DNA of 64,000 nt, taken from Camelus ferus. Taxonomy: Eukaryota. The notes beneath the pieces were generated by a model. It was given only the letters and a program-made list of their open reading frames with translations. It was not told the origin of the DNA and searched no databases. Positions 12,646 through 26,766 of the stretch are shown here, piece by piece (the stretch's first letter is position 1; each line of letters begins with the position of its first letter). The position numbers were made by a program, and so were the translations under genes. The stretch lies in the NCBI RefSeq assembly GCF_009834535.1, contig NC_045696.1, forward strand, positions 19,780,001-19,844,000, written 5' to 3'.

Positions 12646-12897
12646 AATAAGTCCTGGAGACCAAACACACAGCATAGTAGATACAGTCAGCAATACTGTA
12701 TTAGACACTTCGCAGTTTCTAAGTGATTAGATCTTAACTGTTCTCACCACAAAAAAGGAAATGACAGTTCTGAGATACAATATAGTGGTATTAGCTAACA
12801 TGACGGTGCTAATCATATTGCAATCTATAAATTTATCAAGTCAACGTGTTGTACACCTTAAACTTACACAATGTTATATACCAATTAAATCTTAATT
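12646..12897 (+). mobile_element. L1 3' UTR fragment (L1MA9-like)
   Basis: aataagtcctggaga...cagcatagt...agatcttaactgttctcaccacaaaaaa...ttgtacaccttaaacttacacaatgttata. Confidence 0.85.
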
Positions 12898-13857
12898 TTA
12901 AGAAACTCCCCAAAGCTGATACTGAAGAAAAAAATTAATCAGACAATGAACCTCTGGGCTATAAGACTCACCAAAATGTGTCTGTATGCAACATGACTGA
13001 TTATGGGGGTTGTGACATTTAGTTTGGGGTTTCCCTCTCATATGAAGGTTTGAGGTAACAACACTTGACGTTCTTTTTTTAATTTATTCTCAAAATGTGA
13101 AGAATTTCAACACAACTTTTTCTTTACAGAAAGAAAATCTGTATTCAAAGAATAATCTTTGAAGATTATTTCATTTAATAGCATGGATATGAATACATTA
13201 AGCAATTAACTATGAATCATAATTTTGGCATAATATAGTATCTATTATTCTGGCTTTCCATTATTTATAATTTTATTGACACTTACTAGGCTTGATAAAG
13301 ATATAAGGTTCCCCCTAAAGTGACCTAGGTAATGTCCTTTCTTAATAGTTGTATTGATTGCTAACCTGGATTGTATTTAACTATTTGAAAGGTATTAATT
13401 TCATATACAATTTAAAAGCACTTTATTATTATTTAATATAGTGTCATATACTTGGTATAACACAGTTACAGTTCCACATCATTTTACAGAATTTCAACAT
13501 ATAAAACAAGTAAGAGATTTATTTCAGGATAAATTTAGAGAGCTTACATGTATTTGAAAGATGATACTCATACAGTAAGAGTAAATTCAATGACATGACT
13601 AATTCCTGATATACTAATCTTAGTTAGATTTAGTCCCTATGTGATCACACAATTGCTGAACAGATTTGCCAGAAATGATACTAAAGCAGACCTTCATCAT
13701 TTTGACTGTCCAAAGGTCAAAACCAAAGCTAAACAGAAGACTGTCCTCCACATTCTGAGGCCAGAATCCAAATGGGATGCATTCTTAGTACTTAAGCAAT
13801 ATTCTCACCATTTCCCATCTCACTAGATTCCCAGTCCTGTCTGCATCATGCAGAATC

Positions 13858-14256
13858 TGTATCTCCCCAGGTCCCTATAGAATACAGATGTACACGCAAA
13901 TTAAGAGAACACCTGATTTACAAAGAGACTAATTACAAAGCTGTGGGTGAGGTACAGGGGGACCACAAAGGAGTGCTGAGGGACCAGAGCTAGCAGCAGA
14001 GGAGCTGTTGTCATTGGTTGGAACAAGGGACGGATGGAAGGAGAGGTTATGGGGTACAGTTAGGGAAACAGTGGCACTCAGGCAGGACACAGCCTCGAGG
14101 AGGAGGAAGTCAGGGGAATAAATAATCAGACTTCCTCCTCTTTAGTCTCTTGACAGAGTTTCCTACTGGCTGAAATACATGTCAGTTTCCAGGACAAGAG
14201 CAGAGCGCAAAAGAGGGTGGAGGGGACCTGAAAGCGTAAATGAAAGACAGCCAAGG
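13858..14256 (-). mobile_element. ERVL LTR (LTR33-like)
   Basis: caggtccc...cagatgtacacgcaaatt...gactaattacaaagctgtggg...gagggtggaggggacctg resembles antisense LTR33. Confidence 0.65.
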
Positions 14257-17200
14257 TAAATCCCCAGTGGAATATGGAAAGGATGCTTTGGTGCTTGTCA
14301 AACCTGCAATTTCCTTCCTAATGCAAGCAATTATCAACAAAGGATTTAAGGAGAAAAGCAATGATGCATAACCTACATCTTAGAAACAACCAGAACTCAC
14401 ATGTAATTGTTGTCATCTTCCAGGGAAGACATGTGACAACGTTAAGTATGTCCACAAAACAGTAAACGTCATTATTAAAAGGATGGATTGATTTTTGTAT
14501 TTGAAAAAAAAAAACTAATTTCAATTTGAAAAAAATCAGTAAGACATAAGCACACACAAAACAACTTTAAGGACTAAATATAGGAAGAGCATTATACACA
14601 CTCAGGCACACGTTTGAACTGGGAAATTGTGGAGGCATAAACTGTAAAGCTTTTAACACAAATACAACTGCTCTGTTCACATATTCTAGTTAAATTAACT
14701 GTCCATTTTATTTAGGACTCACATTTAAGCACCGCCACAACCACTGTTACACATCTCATTATTGAAAAACTTTCAAAATGTCTAATTGCCCAGTTTCTGA
14801 GGTGGTGACATTTTGCTCCACTGAAGCATCCTCATGGCTCTTTGATGGTTCTGATCCTTACAGCACCTCAAAATCAACATTATGTATCCAAGCATTGCAT
14901 TATACACAAATGAAGCAGTGTAGGAAGATGAGATAAACCTGCTCTGACCTTACAAGATACAGCATATATTTTGAAGAGCTTACAGTTCTGCCAACTGTAC
15001 ATTTCCTTACAAACAGAATGGAAAGTGAGTAATTGATTTAGCTCCTGGTTTAGGAGTAAACCTTTCTTTCTGCAAAATGAGTTGTTATATCAAAAGAGGA
15101 AACATGCTTTGGCAATTTTTTTTTTCTTCTCTTTTCCCTCTGTGTCACCAAAGTCTGCTTCTATTCTGTTTTGAGATTCTCTTTCATAAGTCATGGCCAT
15201 AAAAGGCATCCCTGGTGTTTCAACATCACTAATACCATTTGTCACTTCAATCTTCACTCATTCCTTATCTAACTTATAGTAAATATGTTGACTGATTACA
15301 AACAACACTCTATCTCATTTAAAAAAATGTGTCCTCCCATTTTCTCCTTGGGTCCTTTGAGAAAGCCTCCAATGTATTCCTATAGGAAGGTTATTCTGCA
15401 CTGGAACATTAAAACTCCCTTAATATTTTCCTTCAAATAAATTAAATCTCAAGGTTTTATTTTATATAGTTTCCATAAACTGCATGATAAATTAATTTCC
15501 TCCTGTGAATTTCTATAATAAATTCTATATACTGAGTAACGGATCTGCTCCCAGATTTAAAGTAGTAAGCTGATACTAACCTACAAGAAAACGGCAATAA
15601 AAATGAGAAACTAACCTTTATTCACAGCACTAGATGTCTTCAGAACTGCCTTCAGGTGCCTGTAATCCTACCTTCAGAAACATATCCTCACCCACATCCT
15701 AGCAGAAAAGGCACATCTGCATCAAGAATCCCAACTCTCCTGCTATGACAGCTCAACCTGTGGTGAACATTTCACCATAAAAGAGCCCATCCCCACAGCC
15801 TATGGCTTTTAAGCTCAACTGAAAGTAGGAGAAGTCAGACAAAATGGACGTGAGATACAGCAGGAACTCTTGAGAGGCCAGTGTAAGCTGAGGAATCCAG
15901 CCAGTGATGTTTCGATATTTGTCCTCAATCCTGAAACTGCATAAAAGTCCAGAAAAAGTGGAAGGGCGTTTTAGGAAGTGGCAGCTGAGATGCAAAGGCC
16001 CAGAGACGTGAGAAACTTGGTGAATCTATGAAAATATAAGTGTAGGTGGAACACAGAATAAGGGATGGAAAAACTGTAGTTCTACTACAATGAAACACAT
16101 GACACAAAGATGACCAGCCCAGCAAAGACTTCAGTGGACACCAAAGACTCAGATAAGATCCAAAAGTACTCTTTACTGTGGATGGAAAATTCAAAGCACC
16201 TTGGCTATTAATTGTAGTATCATTTGGTGTAATAGCAGTGGTAATAAAAGCAAAATTCGTAGCAATATTTAGTATCACTTTTAACAAAGTCGTCAATAAA
16301 AAAATCTAATTTTTACTGAGCTAGCTACTTTTCAAAGTAAATTTAATTACCATTAAGGTATTGGATTAAACATTCTGTGAAACAAGACAATTAAGTGCCA
16401 CACGTCAATGGTTAGAGGATGGTCCACATTTTATGCTTAAAAATCAGAAATTATGACCTATTCTTCCATACAAGAGTAGGCTGAATCTATATAGTACCAC
16501 ACTCCTTATTACCATCAAGTCTTTTTTGATCTCCGACAGGAGTAAAACATGGAGAATTCTTAAAAAATAATGCACTGTCCTTCTGAGTTCCAGGAGCTCA
16601 AAGATAGTGACAAGGGTAGAAATTTACCTAAATAACTTCAAAATAATTCAAAAAGTAATAAATCTAAAGGGTACGAATCAATGTTTTATCTTGATTTAAT
16701 TATGTTATCCATTCTGACTTAGGAAGTCTGAGGTGAAATTTTAGTGGCATCTTCAAAAATAAGCATTATGTTTCCAGGAAGGGGCAGCAACGGAAGGGTG
16801 TTCTAAGCACAGGGAAAAGAAAATGGATGAAGTTAGAAACTGGATGTCTTATTTCGGGAACAGTGAATAGCACTGAATGTCTGTTTGAAAAATGCAACAG
16901 ACACCGTGTGCCCACTTGGCAAAAGCATATTTGTGGAAAGCCGGTGAGCATGGTCTCAGTGTCAGACAGATGGGAAGCCATCAATATTTTCAAGCAGATG
17001 AGTCTTTTAAGAAAATATTCCACTGAGAGTGTGGGGGATAGACCAGGTCAATAGGGAATAGAAATAAGAGTGATGTAAAGGAAACTATAATAACAGGAGA
17101 AAGATGATGATGACCTGAATAAGAATGCAGTGAATAAAGAATTCAAAAGGAAAAAGAGCAAAGCAAACTAAAGCAAAATTGGTAACATATGGTAGTCATT

Positions 17201-18608
17201 TCCTACCAATTACTGCAATATTTTGTTTATCCTCTTCAAAACACTTGTGGTAAGCAATCCTGATAGCATCAGGTGTTGCTGCCTCAGTCTTATTTCCCCT
17301 CTGAACATAAATTTATTGAGGTCAAAGACGTATTTCTATCTCTAAAACACCCATCAGTGCTGTCACAGTTTCTCACTCGTTTTAGAGTCTTGCTAAAAGT
17401 GTAGTGAAGAAATGAAATTCTCTATTAACAAAGAGGAAAGTGAAAATGATCTTTAAGATGAAACAAGAATTCAGAGTAATGAGTTATATGCAAGTCAATC
17501 CAAAAGAAATACCACAAGTACATGTCTTAATATAACAGCCTTGTTTCAATCTACAAAGGAAAATCACCAGCGAACAGTGAGTTATTTGTTAATTTCAGAC
17601 TCTTCGTCCCCTTTGCCCGTATGTAGGAAAAGCAGGGTGACAATACAATAAACTCATTTATCTATTTAATTATTATAACTATTAAGTGATTAAAAAAAAA
17701 CAATATATACCCAAGCCTCATATTCACACACAAGCACTCAAATATATACATATGTGATTTTCCTTGATAGAAAAGTTGGGTCTAAGCTAGAGGTAATAAT
17801 ACTAAATACTTCTATTTTGTTATATGTTTACATGGAACAAAAATCCACTCCCCTTAAATATGAGATAATATATTTTACTTAAAATTAAGCCATATTTATG
17901 GTATGTTATGATTTTGAATTTCACCGCCTTCAGTTTTACTAACTATAGATAATTCTGTTATCATTCCTGTTAACTTAAAACCAACATTTGATCACAGGAT
18001 TCTCTAAATGAAGTTATCTTCAAAATTCACTGTCATACCTCATCAATACCTTATTTTGAAGGGTTAGGTGCAACTTAGCCTGTGAAAGTCATATGAAATT
18101 TTTCTCCCTAAATCAAGTAATGAGTAAAATGGCATGCCAGTAAATGAATAAAACTGTGCCATAAAATATTTGCCTATAGTCTGTTTATTAAAAATTAGTT
18201 AAAATACACCTGTAACTTTTTTTTGCAGTGGAATCAGTGAAAGTTCATCTCAAATTCATCTTAACATTTTGAGTTCCTGTTTCTTTTATGTATATGAACT
18301 ATTTTATTTCCTCTTGCAGGAGAAACAGAATTTTTATTCTGTACTTCTCTTCAGTTTTCACTTATAAAATGTGCATTTAAAATATGAAAGTAAAGGCGTT
18401 GGGTTACTTTTTAGGGTATTAATTACATAAAGGCATTATCATTTACAAAAGGTTATACCTTGAGCCTCATTAATGTAAAATTGAGAAAGAAGATGGAGAA
18501 ACAGGGATATATTATTTTTATTCCTATACAGTGACCTATAGATTATTCTTTCTTAGTAATCCTTCATTTATCTTTAAAAGGTAATTGAGGATCTATCCTA
18601 TTAAGGGG

Positions 18609-18637
18609 AAAACAAACAAACAAACAAACAAACAAAC
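18609..18637. repeat. (AAAC)n microsatellite, about 7 units
   Basis: aaacaaacaaacaaacaaacaaacaaac read directly. Confidence 0.95.
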
Positions 18638-18834
18638 CAAACCTAAAATCTATAACAGAAAGAAGAATGTTTTCTTTTTTTTTTTTTAGGTTTAAATCAT
18701 CTCATGTGGAGATACTGGGATGAAGTAAAACATTAAGTCAATTCCAATGCTACATGTAATCTTCCTTAAACAATCATCACCCGGGTTGCAAATGATGGCA
18801 TCACTAATCAATGACTAGTGCTTCATCTCAAATG

Positions 18835-19000
18835 TCTTGTCATAAAGTTTTCTTGAAAAGGAAGTGTTATCCCCCTTTTACCTAAATAAAAATCTGAAAC
18901 TGAGAGAATTTGAGTAACCTGCTCCAAACTACAGATCCTAGGTAGGGCAGAAATAGATTCAACATCTTACTTCTCTGACCTCTCCACTCAACACACTGCC
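18835..19000 (-). mobile_element. MIR/MIR3 relic
   Basis: ttatcccccttttac...gaaactgagagaatttgagtaacctgctccaaactacaga. Confidence 0.6.
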
Positions 19001-20789
19001 TCCTTTTCTCTGATAAACAATCTCTGATAATGGGAAGAAATCAGCCTCAGCAATTTGGCCAAGGTTGCAGTCACCTCACACTCTATGTCAATGTACTCAC
19101 TCTGAAAAAAAATAAAAAAAAGAGTCCTCCTTCAATGCCCTGACCCGCCCTGGCCGGAGGAAGGAGGAAAGCTGAGAAAGGGTTTGTGCCTTGTGGGAGT
19201 CTCTGCATTTTGCTCCAAGAAAAAGGCTATTTTGAGCAGAATTATGTTGTTTTTCACTGCGCATGAAAAAAAAAATATCCAAGTAGATAACCTGTACAGT
19301 TTTTCATACTCACATACTTCATTGTGAGGACTCTAAAAACTGTGTTTTGTGAATCATATGCAATATCGGATGTCAGGGGGCGTCTTTATTTTAGAATCAA
19401 TAATCTCCCAAACGGAAGGAAATGAAATCAAAGTAGACTGACCCAGTTTTAAAACAAATGATAGTTAGGGAAGAAACAAAGGAAGGAAGAAGGAATGACA
19501 TGTCTCAAACTTAACTGACAGAACTATAAAGATCTTTAAAAGAGAAAACTAGACAAAGCTGAAATGTGCACAAAAGAAAACAGTAAAAAAAAAATTAAAT
19601 GACTCTAATTTTCTAACAATTTTTTTTGCAAGTATAAGCCTGAAATAATTACTTAGCAAAGCATTCAAAGAGATCAGAACAGAAACTAAAGACATCCTTT
19701 CTGTTTAAGTGTATTTTTTTAGCAAATTATAAGGGTCCAAGTTTCATTATGTGCTGCATTAAATGCATAGTCAGCTTTTAAAAATCCCATAAAAGCAGTA
19801 CAGAGGATGTTTTCAGTTCATTTCCCTTGTAACACAAATTATAATTCTGTCGAACTTCTTTTGAAAATGCTGATGTTCGTGATCATGTTCTTAAACTACC
19901 TCATCCTATACAATAAAGTTTTTCCTTTTTTCAAACAAAATTTTTTCAGTTTCTCTTTAGAGGTTTTTCTTTGAAACAATTTTTTTTTCATTTTATATTT
20001 CTGTATTGAATCATGTTCAAATGGGATTTATAGATTGAATACTCCAATAAAAGACAGTCAACAAATGTTTAAAACATGAGCAATTATACCAGGTATTGTG
20101 ACTTTGGGACAAAGTAGAGATTTACTGGCACAGGATGCTGAGGATTCATGGAATTGCCATAGATAGCCACCCAGGCCTCTCAACCTTGCAGCAAAGCCAA
20201 GCTTATCTGTAAGCCTCCGATTGCATTTGGGCATTAGCAAACACGGGTAGATACAAAGGTACCATACCCCGAACTGATTATGGATTAACAGTAACTGCCT
20301 TTGAATACATTCTTGTTTTTATCACCTCCGGTCATCATGGAGAATACAGATTTGTAGTGTCTCCTAGGCTTTAAACCTATCCATGTAATCCTGTAGAATA
20401 TCCACTTACGTTAACTGGATACTATCCATCAGCTACTGTGTCCATCAGTACATACTGGTTTTATCCATCTCAACAAACATCCCTGAAACCAGCCTCTGAG
20501 TTATCAGAGTCCGGAGTTCATTTATTTTAAATTCATTTAAATATTTTAAACTATGCATTGCATCTTTTTTGTAATATAATCAAATTGATGACAATTAATT
20601 ACATTTCTTTACATTTTATACCTTGGACAGGGATATTGCACAGTTGGATATTTTTCTACGGAGATAAGATATTAAATGTGGTTTTAATAGTGACAATTTC
20701 AATACACAATTATGGAAGTATAATTATATCAAACCAGGGCTAAGCAACCAAACTTATAATAAAAATAACACATTAGAAACTATAAAGAA

Positions 20790-20935
20790 CACAGTACTGT
20801 AGAAAGGGCTAGAGAATCAGGATAGCTTAGTTCTATTCCTGACTTGCTGAGAATCAAATACTTTTGCAAGTCATTTAAATCCACAATCAGAGTTTCAAGT
20901 CCCTCTTCTACGAAGTAAGAGAGATGAGCCTGACA
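20790..20935 (+). mobile_element. MIR relic
   Basis: gtagaaaggg...gaatcaggatagcttagttcta...caagtcatttaa...agtttc. Confidence 0.5.
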
Positions 20936-21646
20936 TACATTGTGGTCACAGAGAACAGAAATATAAGTACGTAGTTGACTTATCGATCATGTTAAGTGAC
21001 TATAAATGCTTGCATTTGACAAGCGAGGGGAATGTCATCTGAAGTGGTTCCAACAAAGTAGTGTACTATCCCATTATGCCAGAGTAGTGAGGGAATTATT
21101 GAATGATAACTTCCAAAGCTGTCCTGAACAATGTGGTTACACAGAGTGGGTATCAAGCTCATATGAATGCCTTAATTATTTCATCCTTGGTTATACTAAA
21201 GGTGCAGTGAAAATCAGAGACACAACACTTCTGTGGTGCAAGAGATAACTTGGGCAGAGTCTTATGGAAATGCTGGGTTATCTCATCATGTTCATTGCAA
21301 TTTTGCATGATATATTGAATTTCACATTATAATTGAGGACCAGCACGCTGGACATAACACATTATAACTCAATGTCAATAAACTTTAAAATTTTATAGTT
21401 ACCCTACGACTTTATGAATGACCATCTCCGAATAATATGCTAAAGAAATAAATACTGGATTAAATATTGCCATCTCTATCTTATAGTATTTTCAGTTATC
21501 TTTAGTCATGGATTTGTAATAGTATACCAACAGCTATAAAATTTAATCACTTGAAAATCTTCACAGAGTGTTTACGGTGGTAAAAATGGAAATCTTATAG
21601 AATTCAAAAGGGAAGGCTTAGTGAATAAAAATTAAAAATAGGGTGA

Positions 21647-22067
21647 TCAACAGATGAATGGATAAACAAAATATGCATATACATACAATGAAATATTACT
21701 CAGTCTTAAAAAAATGAAAGCAATTCTGACACCTGCTACAACATAAATGAGCCTTGAAGACGTTAAACTGAGTGAAATAAGCCAGCCACAAAAATCAAAT
21801 ATTGTATGATTCCACTTATATGAGGTATATACAACAATCAAATTCATAGAGACAAAAAGCAGAACTATGGTTGCCAGGGGTGAGGGGCAGGAGGAAATTG
21901 GGAATTACAGCTTGATGTGTACAGAATTTCAGTTTGGGAAGATGAAAAAGGTTTGGAGATAAATGGTGGTAATGACTGCACAACAATATGAACAAGGTCC
22001 CTGAACAGTACACATAAAAATGGTTAAAATGGTAAATTATATATTATATATATTTACCATAATAAAA
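21647..22067 (+). mobile_element. L1 3' end (L1MB-like)
   Basis: tcaacagatgaatggataaacaaaat...gagtgaaataagccag...atgattccacttatatgagg...tggttgccagggg...aaaatggttaaaatggtaaatt. Confidence 0.9.
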
Positions 22068-22198
22068 TGTTATAAGTCAATGTAGAAAGCACCTTTATAA
22101 ATATTTTGTATTCATTAAAATGAAATAAAAGTCGATATATTAAAGTAAATATGATACAAATACATTGCACGTAACCTAAATTAGTAATAAAGAACGTT

Positions 22199-22665
22199 TG
22201 TTATCAAACGCAAGTTTCTGTGCCCAATGCACAGTGAAGCCGAAAAATACTGAAACTTTGGAGTTTGGAGCAGAGAATGGTTTACTGCAGGGCCAAGGAA
22301 GGATAAGGGGCAGGGGCTTATGCCCAAGAAAACCCCGAACTCTTCGAAGGGTTTCAGCTAAAGCATTTTAAAGGGAAGGTGTGGGAGGGGCGTCCCAGGG
22401 TTCATGATCAGCTCGTGCACAATTCTCTGATTGGTTAATGTTGAGATAACAGGGTGGTTAACATTATCAGTCGTTAGGCACCAGGTCATGGGGCTATGTG
22501 CTCATAATCATCAAGTAGTTAATTTCTTCCCTTTGGTGGCGGTTTTTAGCATCTGAAAAACTCAGGAAATATTCATGAGATATTATTATCAGAAAGGAGC
22601 TACAGCAGAGAATATGGGGGAGGGGTCTGTCCCGGGAAGGCTCCACAGGGTCCTGCTCAGTTGCA
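22199..22665 (-). mobile_element. ERV1-class solo LTR (LTR39-like, cetartiodactyl type)
   Basis: TG...CA bounded 467 bp; gcacagtgaagcc...ggagtttggagcagagaatggtttactgcagggcca...gggtcctgctcagttgca; flanks cgtt/tatt. Confidence 0.8.
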
Positions 22666-23574
22666 TATTCAACAACTTAAAAGGTATTTAATGGCTTCTT
22701 TATATGCATCATGAAGACCACATTTATTACGTGTTTTTGACCAAAATATGGTCCTACTTCCGTATTCTGTCTTTAGTTACTGTCTGCATAATGACAATTT
22801 CTCACTTCAGCATTCTCAATTCCACTGCCTTCTCCCCACCTCCCAAACACTGATGATCTCTACTCCTTCTGTAGTTACTGTTTGTAATATTTATTAATCC
22901 ATTCAATTTTATAGTATTGTGACAGTCCCTGAAAGACTTTTTGCATTGCTACTTAACATTATACTTGTTTATATCTTCTATCCTCACCAGGATTTTCCAT
23001 GTACTATATATATGATATATGGTAAATAATGTATAATTTCTACACTCTCATAGTTCTTGATACAGGACAGTTTATTGTTCAGTGTTATTATTGATATGAA
23101 TTGCCACTAGGGTGGCTATTTTTAAAGACAACTGAAGCCCACGAATATGGGAAATGATATTGAAATTGACAGAGACTTAAAAGATTAGACGGGTAGTTAG
23201 AATATAACACATATAAAGAGGTAAAATAATTCTATTTTAGCTTGAGTAACTATCTCATAAATCAATAAGCCATTTCCCAAGCTCACTGGTTTTACCTTTA
23301 CTTAGAGGAACACATATAAAGTAACTTTTAGTACTTTTCTTCCACAAACTTCTTAACCATGTTTTCTTTTTCTCTCTCATTGTTTGATATTTGGTATTTC
23401 AACTGTCTAGGATTTGATTTTTGTTAAGTTCTCCCAAGTTCCATGAAATTTAATGTCACCATATTTTCAATCAGAAAATTACTGTTCATGAAAATAACTT
23501 TGTTCATTTTGCCAGTTGTGATTTTGTGATATTTTTAGCATCCAAAAACACCGCTTTAAGTCCCTTAATTCACA

Positions 23575-23578
<4 letters not shown>

Positions 23579-23614
<36 letters not shown>
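23579..23614. repeat. (CA)18 microsatellite
   Basis: Perfect dinucleotide run read directly. Confidence 0.97.
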
Positions 23615-23617
<3 letters not shown>

Positions 23618-25270
23618 GCAATTGCCAGAGTTCACAGTGTATGTGAAAAAGTCAATTGCAGAACAATGTGTTTTAACAGAAATATTAGAAAGATAAGAAA
23701 AATACAGGACACCATAAAAAAGAGACTGGTGAACTCTGTCTTGGGATATCAGAGAAGATCCCCAGGGAAGGTGTCATTGGATCCTTTAAAGATCAGAAAA
23801 TTCTACAGGTAGACATAGAGAAGGACTGGAAAGAAGGAAAATAAAACTCAATCCTAATTTTCTTCTTCATCTGTTTACTCCTGGAGAGATTATTTTATCA
23901 CCCATCGGTTCCCAGCTTTCAACAATAGCAGCAAAGTGGAATTAACTCAGTTCCATACTTTGTGTCTTTTATTCCTGAAAACACTGTTGAAAAGACTCAT
24001 ATATTGAGAAGTGTTTGAGTACACAGGTACAGAACTATCGTTAGATACTAGATCTCACTTGTAGCTAAGAGAAATAATTATACTATGGTTAGGCTAAAAG
24101 GGAAACATCCTCTTTGCTATGGGGAAGATAATAAAACCTCTTTGGGGTTTGCAATTATTACTCTGGCTAAATGTTTAAGTTAAGAAAGGAGATAATGTTG
24201 ATAGCTAAAGGATCCTTAACGATAAGTATCATTCTGTAATTGTCAAGGTTGAATAAATATTTTATTCGTATATTATGTACATTCTCTTTGCTCCCAGAAA
24301 GCGATCTGACACAGTGCACAATAAAAGACACATTAGTATCGATTAAGTAGTACTACATCATCCAAATTTATTTTTAGATATGAATCAGTGAATTCAACTA
24401 GTTTTAGGTGAAATCAGGACATAGGGACATATCACTCAAAGCTTGAAAAACTCTCCTGAGTTGTAATGAGTTTCTGAATATTCTCCATAGTGAATATTAT
24501 TACAATGGTATCTTAACTATAGGCAATTTATTTAGAGTATGTCATCCAATGAAACCAGTTTTTTAAAAATCAGATAAAAGTGCATCCCTTTTGATATCAC
24601 AAGGTATATATTTAGCGGCGTGATTTGGGAATAGCATTTGGCCATGGAAATATGGTAGTATTTTTATCTTTCATTATGAGCTACATGTTTAAACTAGTGG
24701 TGAAAGTAATGCTGAATGGAGTGAAAATGAGTATGTTTTAGAAATACATAAAGAAAAGTTACTTCATGAAGTAAAATATTAACAACTTTAAGAAGAACTT
24801 TTGTAACATCTGTTACCCAGATGATATAAAAGACTGCAATAAATGAAGTCATTCATTCATAAAATAAAAATGCAATACCATGAATATTACAGGACACTCT
24901 TCAGTTATTATTTTGGAAGTAAATAATGATTTAACCTTTCTTTGGTCATGTAGTGTTTTTTTTCTAGTGTATGCACCTTTATGATGTGAACTTTATCCTA
25001 TTCATCTTTGCACTCCCACCTTGGAGTACTCTGCACTATACTGTAATTGCTGAATAAAAAAAGTAACAAATCAATATCCATTTTATCAAGGTGAAATGTC
25101 CTCAGTATTCAAAATATTTTCTAAGGTTGAACTTCAAATCATAACTCAATCCATTCAATCCGTTTTTCCCTTTCCCAAAATCTTCATTTTTAGGACTAGT
25201 TCAACTCATATATATATCTATGTTGGTACTTAAAAATGTGGTAGCCAATGCCTATTATAATACTTATAAA

Positions 25271-25594
25271 TTTTTAAATTTTTAACATTGAAGGATAGTT
25301 GATTTACAATGTTGTGTTAGTTTCAGGTGTGCAGTAAAGCAGTTCAGTTATACACATATGTATATAGATACTCTTTCAGATTCTTGTCCGTTATAGGTTA
25401 TCACAGGATATTGAATATAGTTCCCTGTGCTCTACAGTAGGTCCTTGTTGTTTATCTATCTTATACAGAGTAGTGTGTATATGTTCATCCCAAACTCCCA
25501 ATTGATCCCTCTCCCCTTCCCACTTTGGTAACCATAGTTTGTTTTCTATGTCTGTTCACATGTAAGTGATACCGTATGATATTTATCTTTCTCT
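25271..25594 (-). mobile_element. Cetartiodactyl L1 3' end (L1_Art-like), truncated
   Basis: ttgaaggatagttgatttacaatgttgtgttagtttcaggtgt...atattgaatatagttccctgtgct...ctttggtaaccatag. Confidence 0.9.
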
Positions 25595-26766
25595 AGCTTA
25601 ATCCTATATAATTTTATAGGATAGGTTCTACTTTGAGTTGAAATAACTGAAAGGAAATGAGCAATTATGGCTGAGGTCATTTCAACTGATGCTGTGGAAA
25701 TCAATCAATCTCATGTATTTGTGAGTGTTTCTCATTGATCAGCTGTGGCTTGGTAACCCTGATCTTTTCATTCACTATATAATTGAGTGCCTATTCTCCA
25801 GCATATCTTATGTCATACAAATAACTTAGGCCTGTGGAGTGGAACGTGTTTATATGCTTTTGTGAAACACTCTGTTTTGATTAGCCCCTTTCATGAAGGG
25901 CAGAAAGTGGTCATCTTGCTTACCTTCATAAAGGGTCAATTTTAAATTTTTTTAAAAAATTGAAATAAAAATAAGTCATATTAATTATGACCAACCATTT
26001 CCCTTATTTTTGAGAAGGAAGTATTTCGGAACAAGCCATCAAAGATTCAAAATTCTTCCCTCCCAAGGGGGTAAAATTTATCTTATAAATTCTAAATCCC
26101 CCTTTTCATGCCCTCTCCACCTGCTTTTCTCCAAAATATTAAGTTCTTGGTCCAAACCAAGTCTGTGATGATTTATAATTTTTAGTGCCTTTCCTGATAA
26201 AAAAAACCCCTAAGTTGTGCTAATAAAATATAATTTTCTCATATTTAGAACATACCATAAACATGATTTAACTAAAAGCCAAATGAAAAAAAAGAAAGTT
26301 TTCCTATATTTCTTGAAGTATCTCAGTAAAGTCCACTGCATACTACCTTCACCATTACTCAAAGTGAAGGACTTAAAATGACAAGTGAATTGGTGCTCAT
26401 CTGGGTGTTTATATAGGTACCGTTATAATTAACAGATGTCTCATTCCTCAATTAATAATCCATATTATGGAAAGTAATTTTGCCAATACAAAAGCCATGT
26501 GATCAAAATAGGTTGTACAACTTATTCATATTGACCCTAAAATCCAGATGGTTGTTGATGTCTTGGAAAGGTCATTGTAGATAAGCTTATACTTGAACAA
26601 AGGGAAACAAAACAATGACTTGGGGAAGTCTTTACACACTGACTATGTAAACTCCGGATGACAAATGCTTATCCCACTGTAATCGCTCTTGAAAGTGAAG
26701 AATAATAGCATGTGGATGATGGAAATATACACTTTCATCTCGCTATCATTTACTTAAGACACTTAC

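Noticed and set aside
20410..20482. Minus-strand coding exon (ggtttcag...TAAC|gtaagt)
   Set aside because: Weak pyrimidine tract and stops in all three frames
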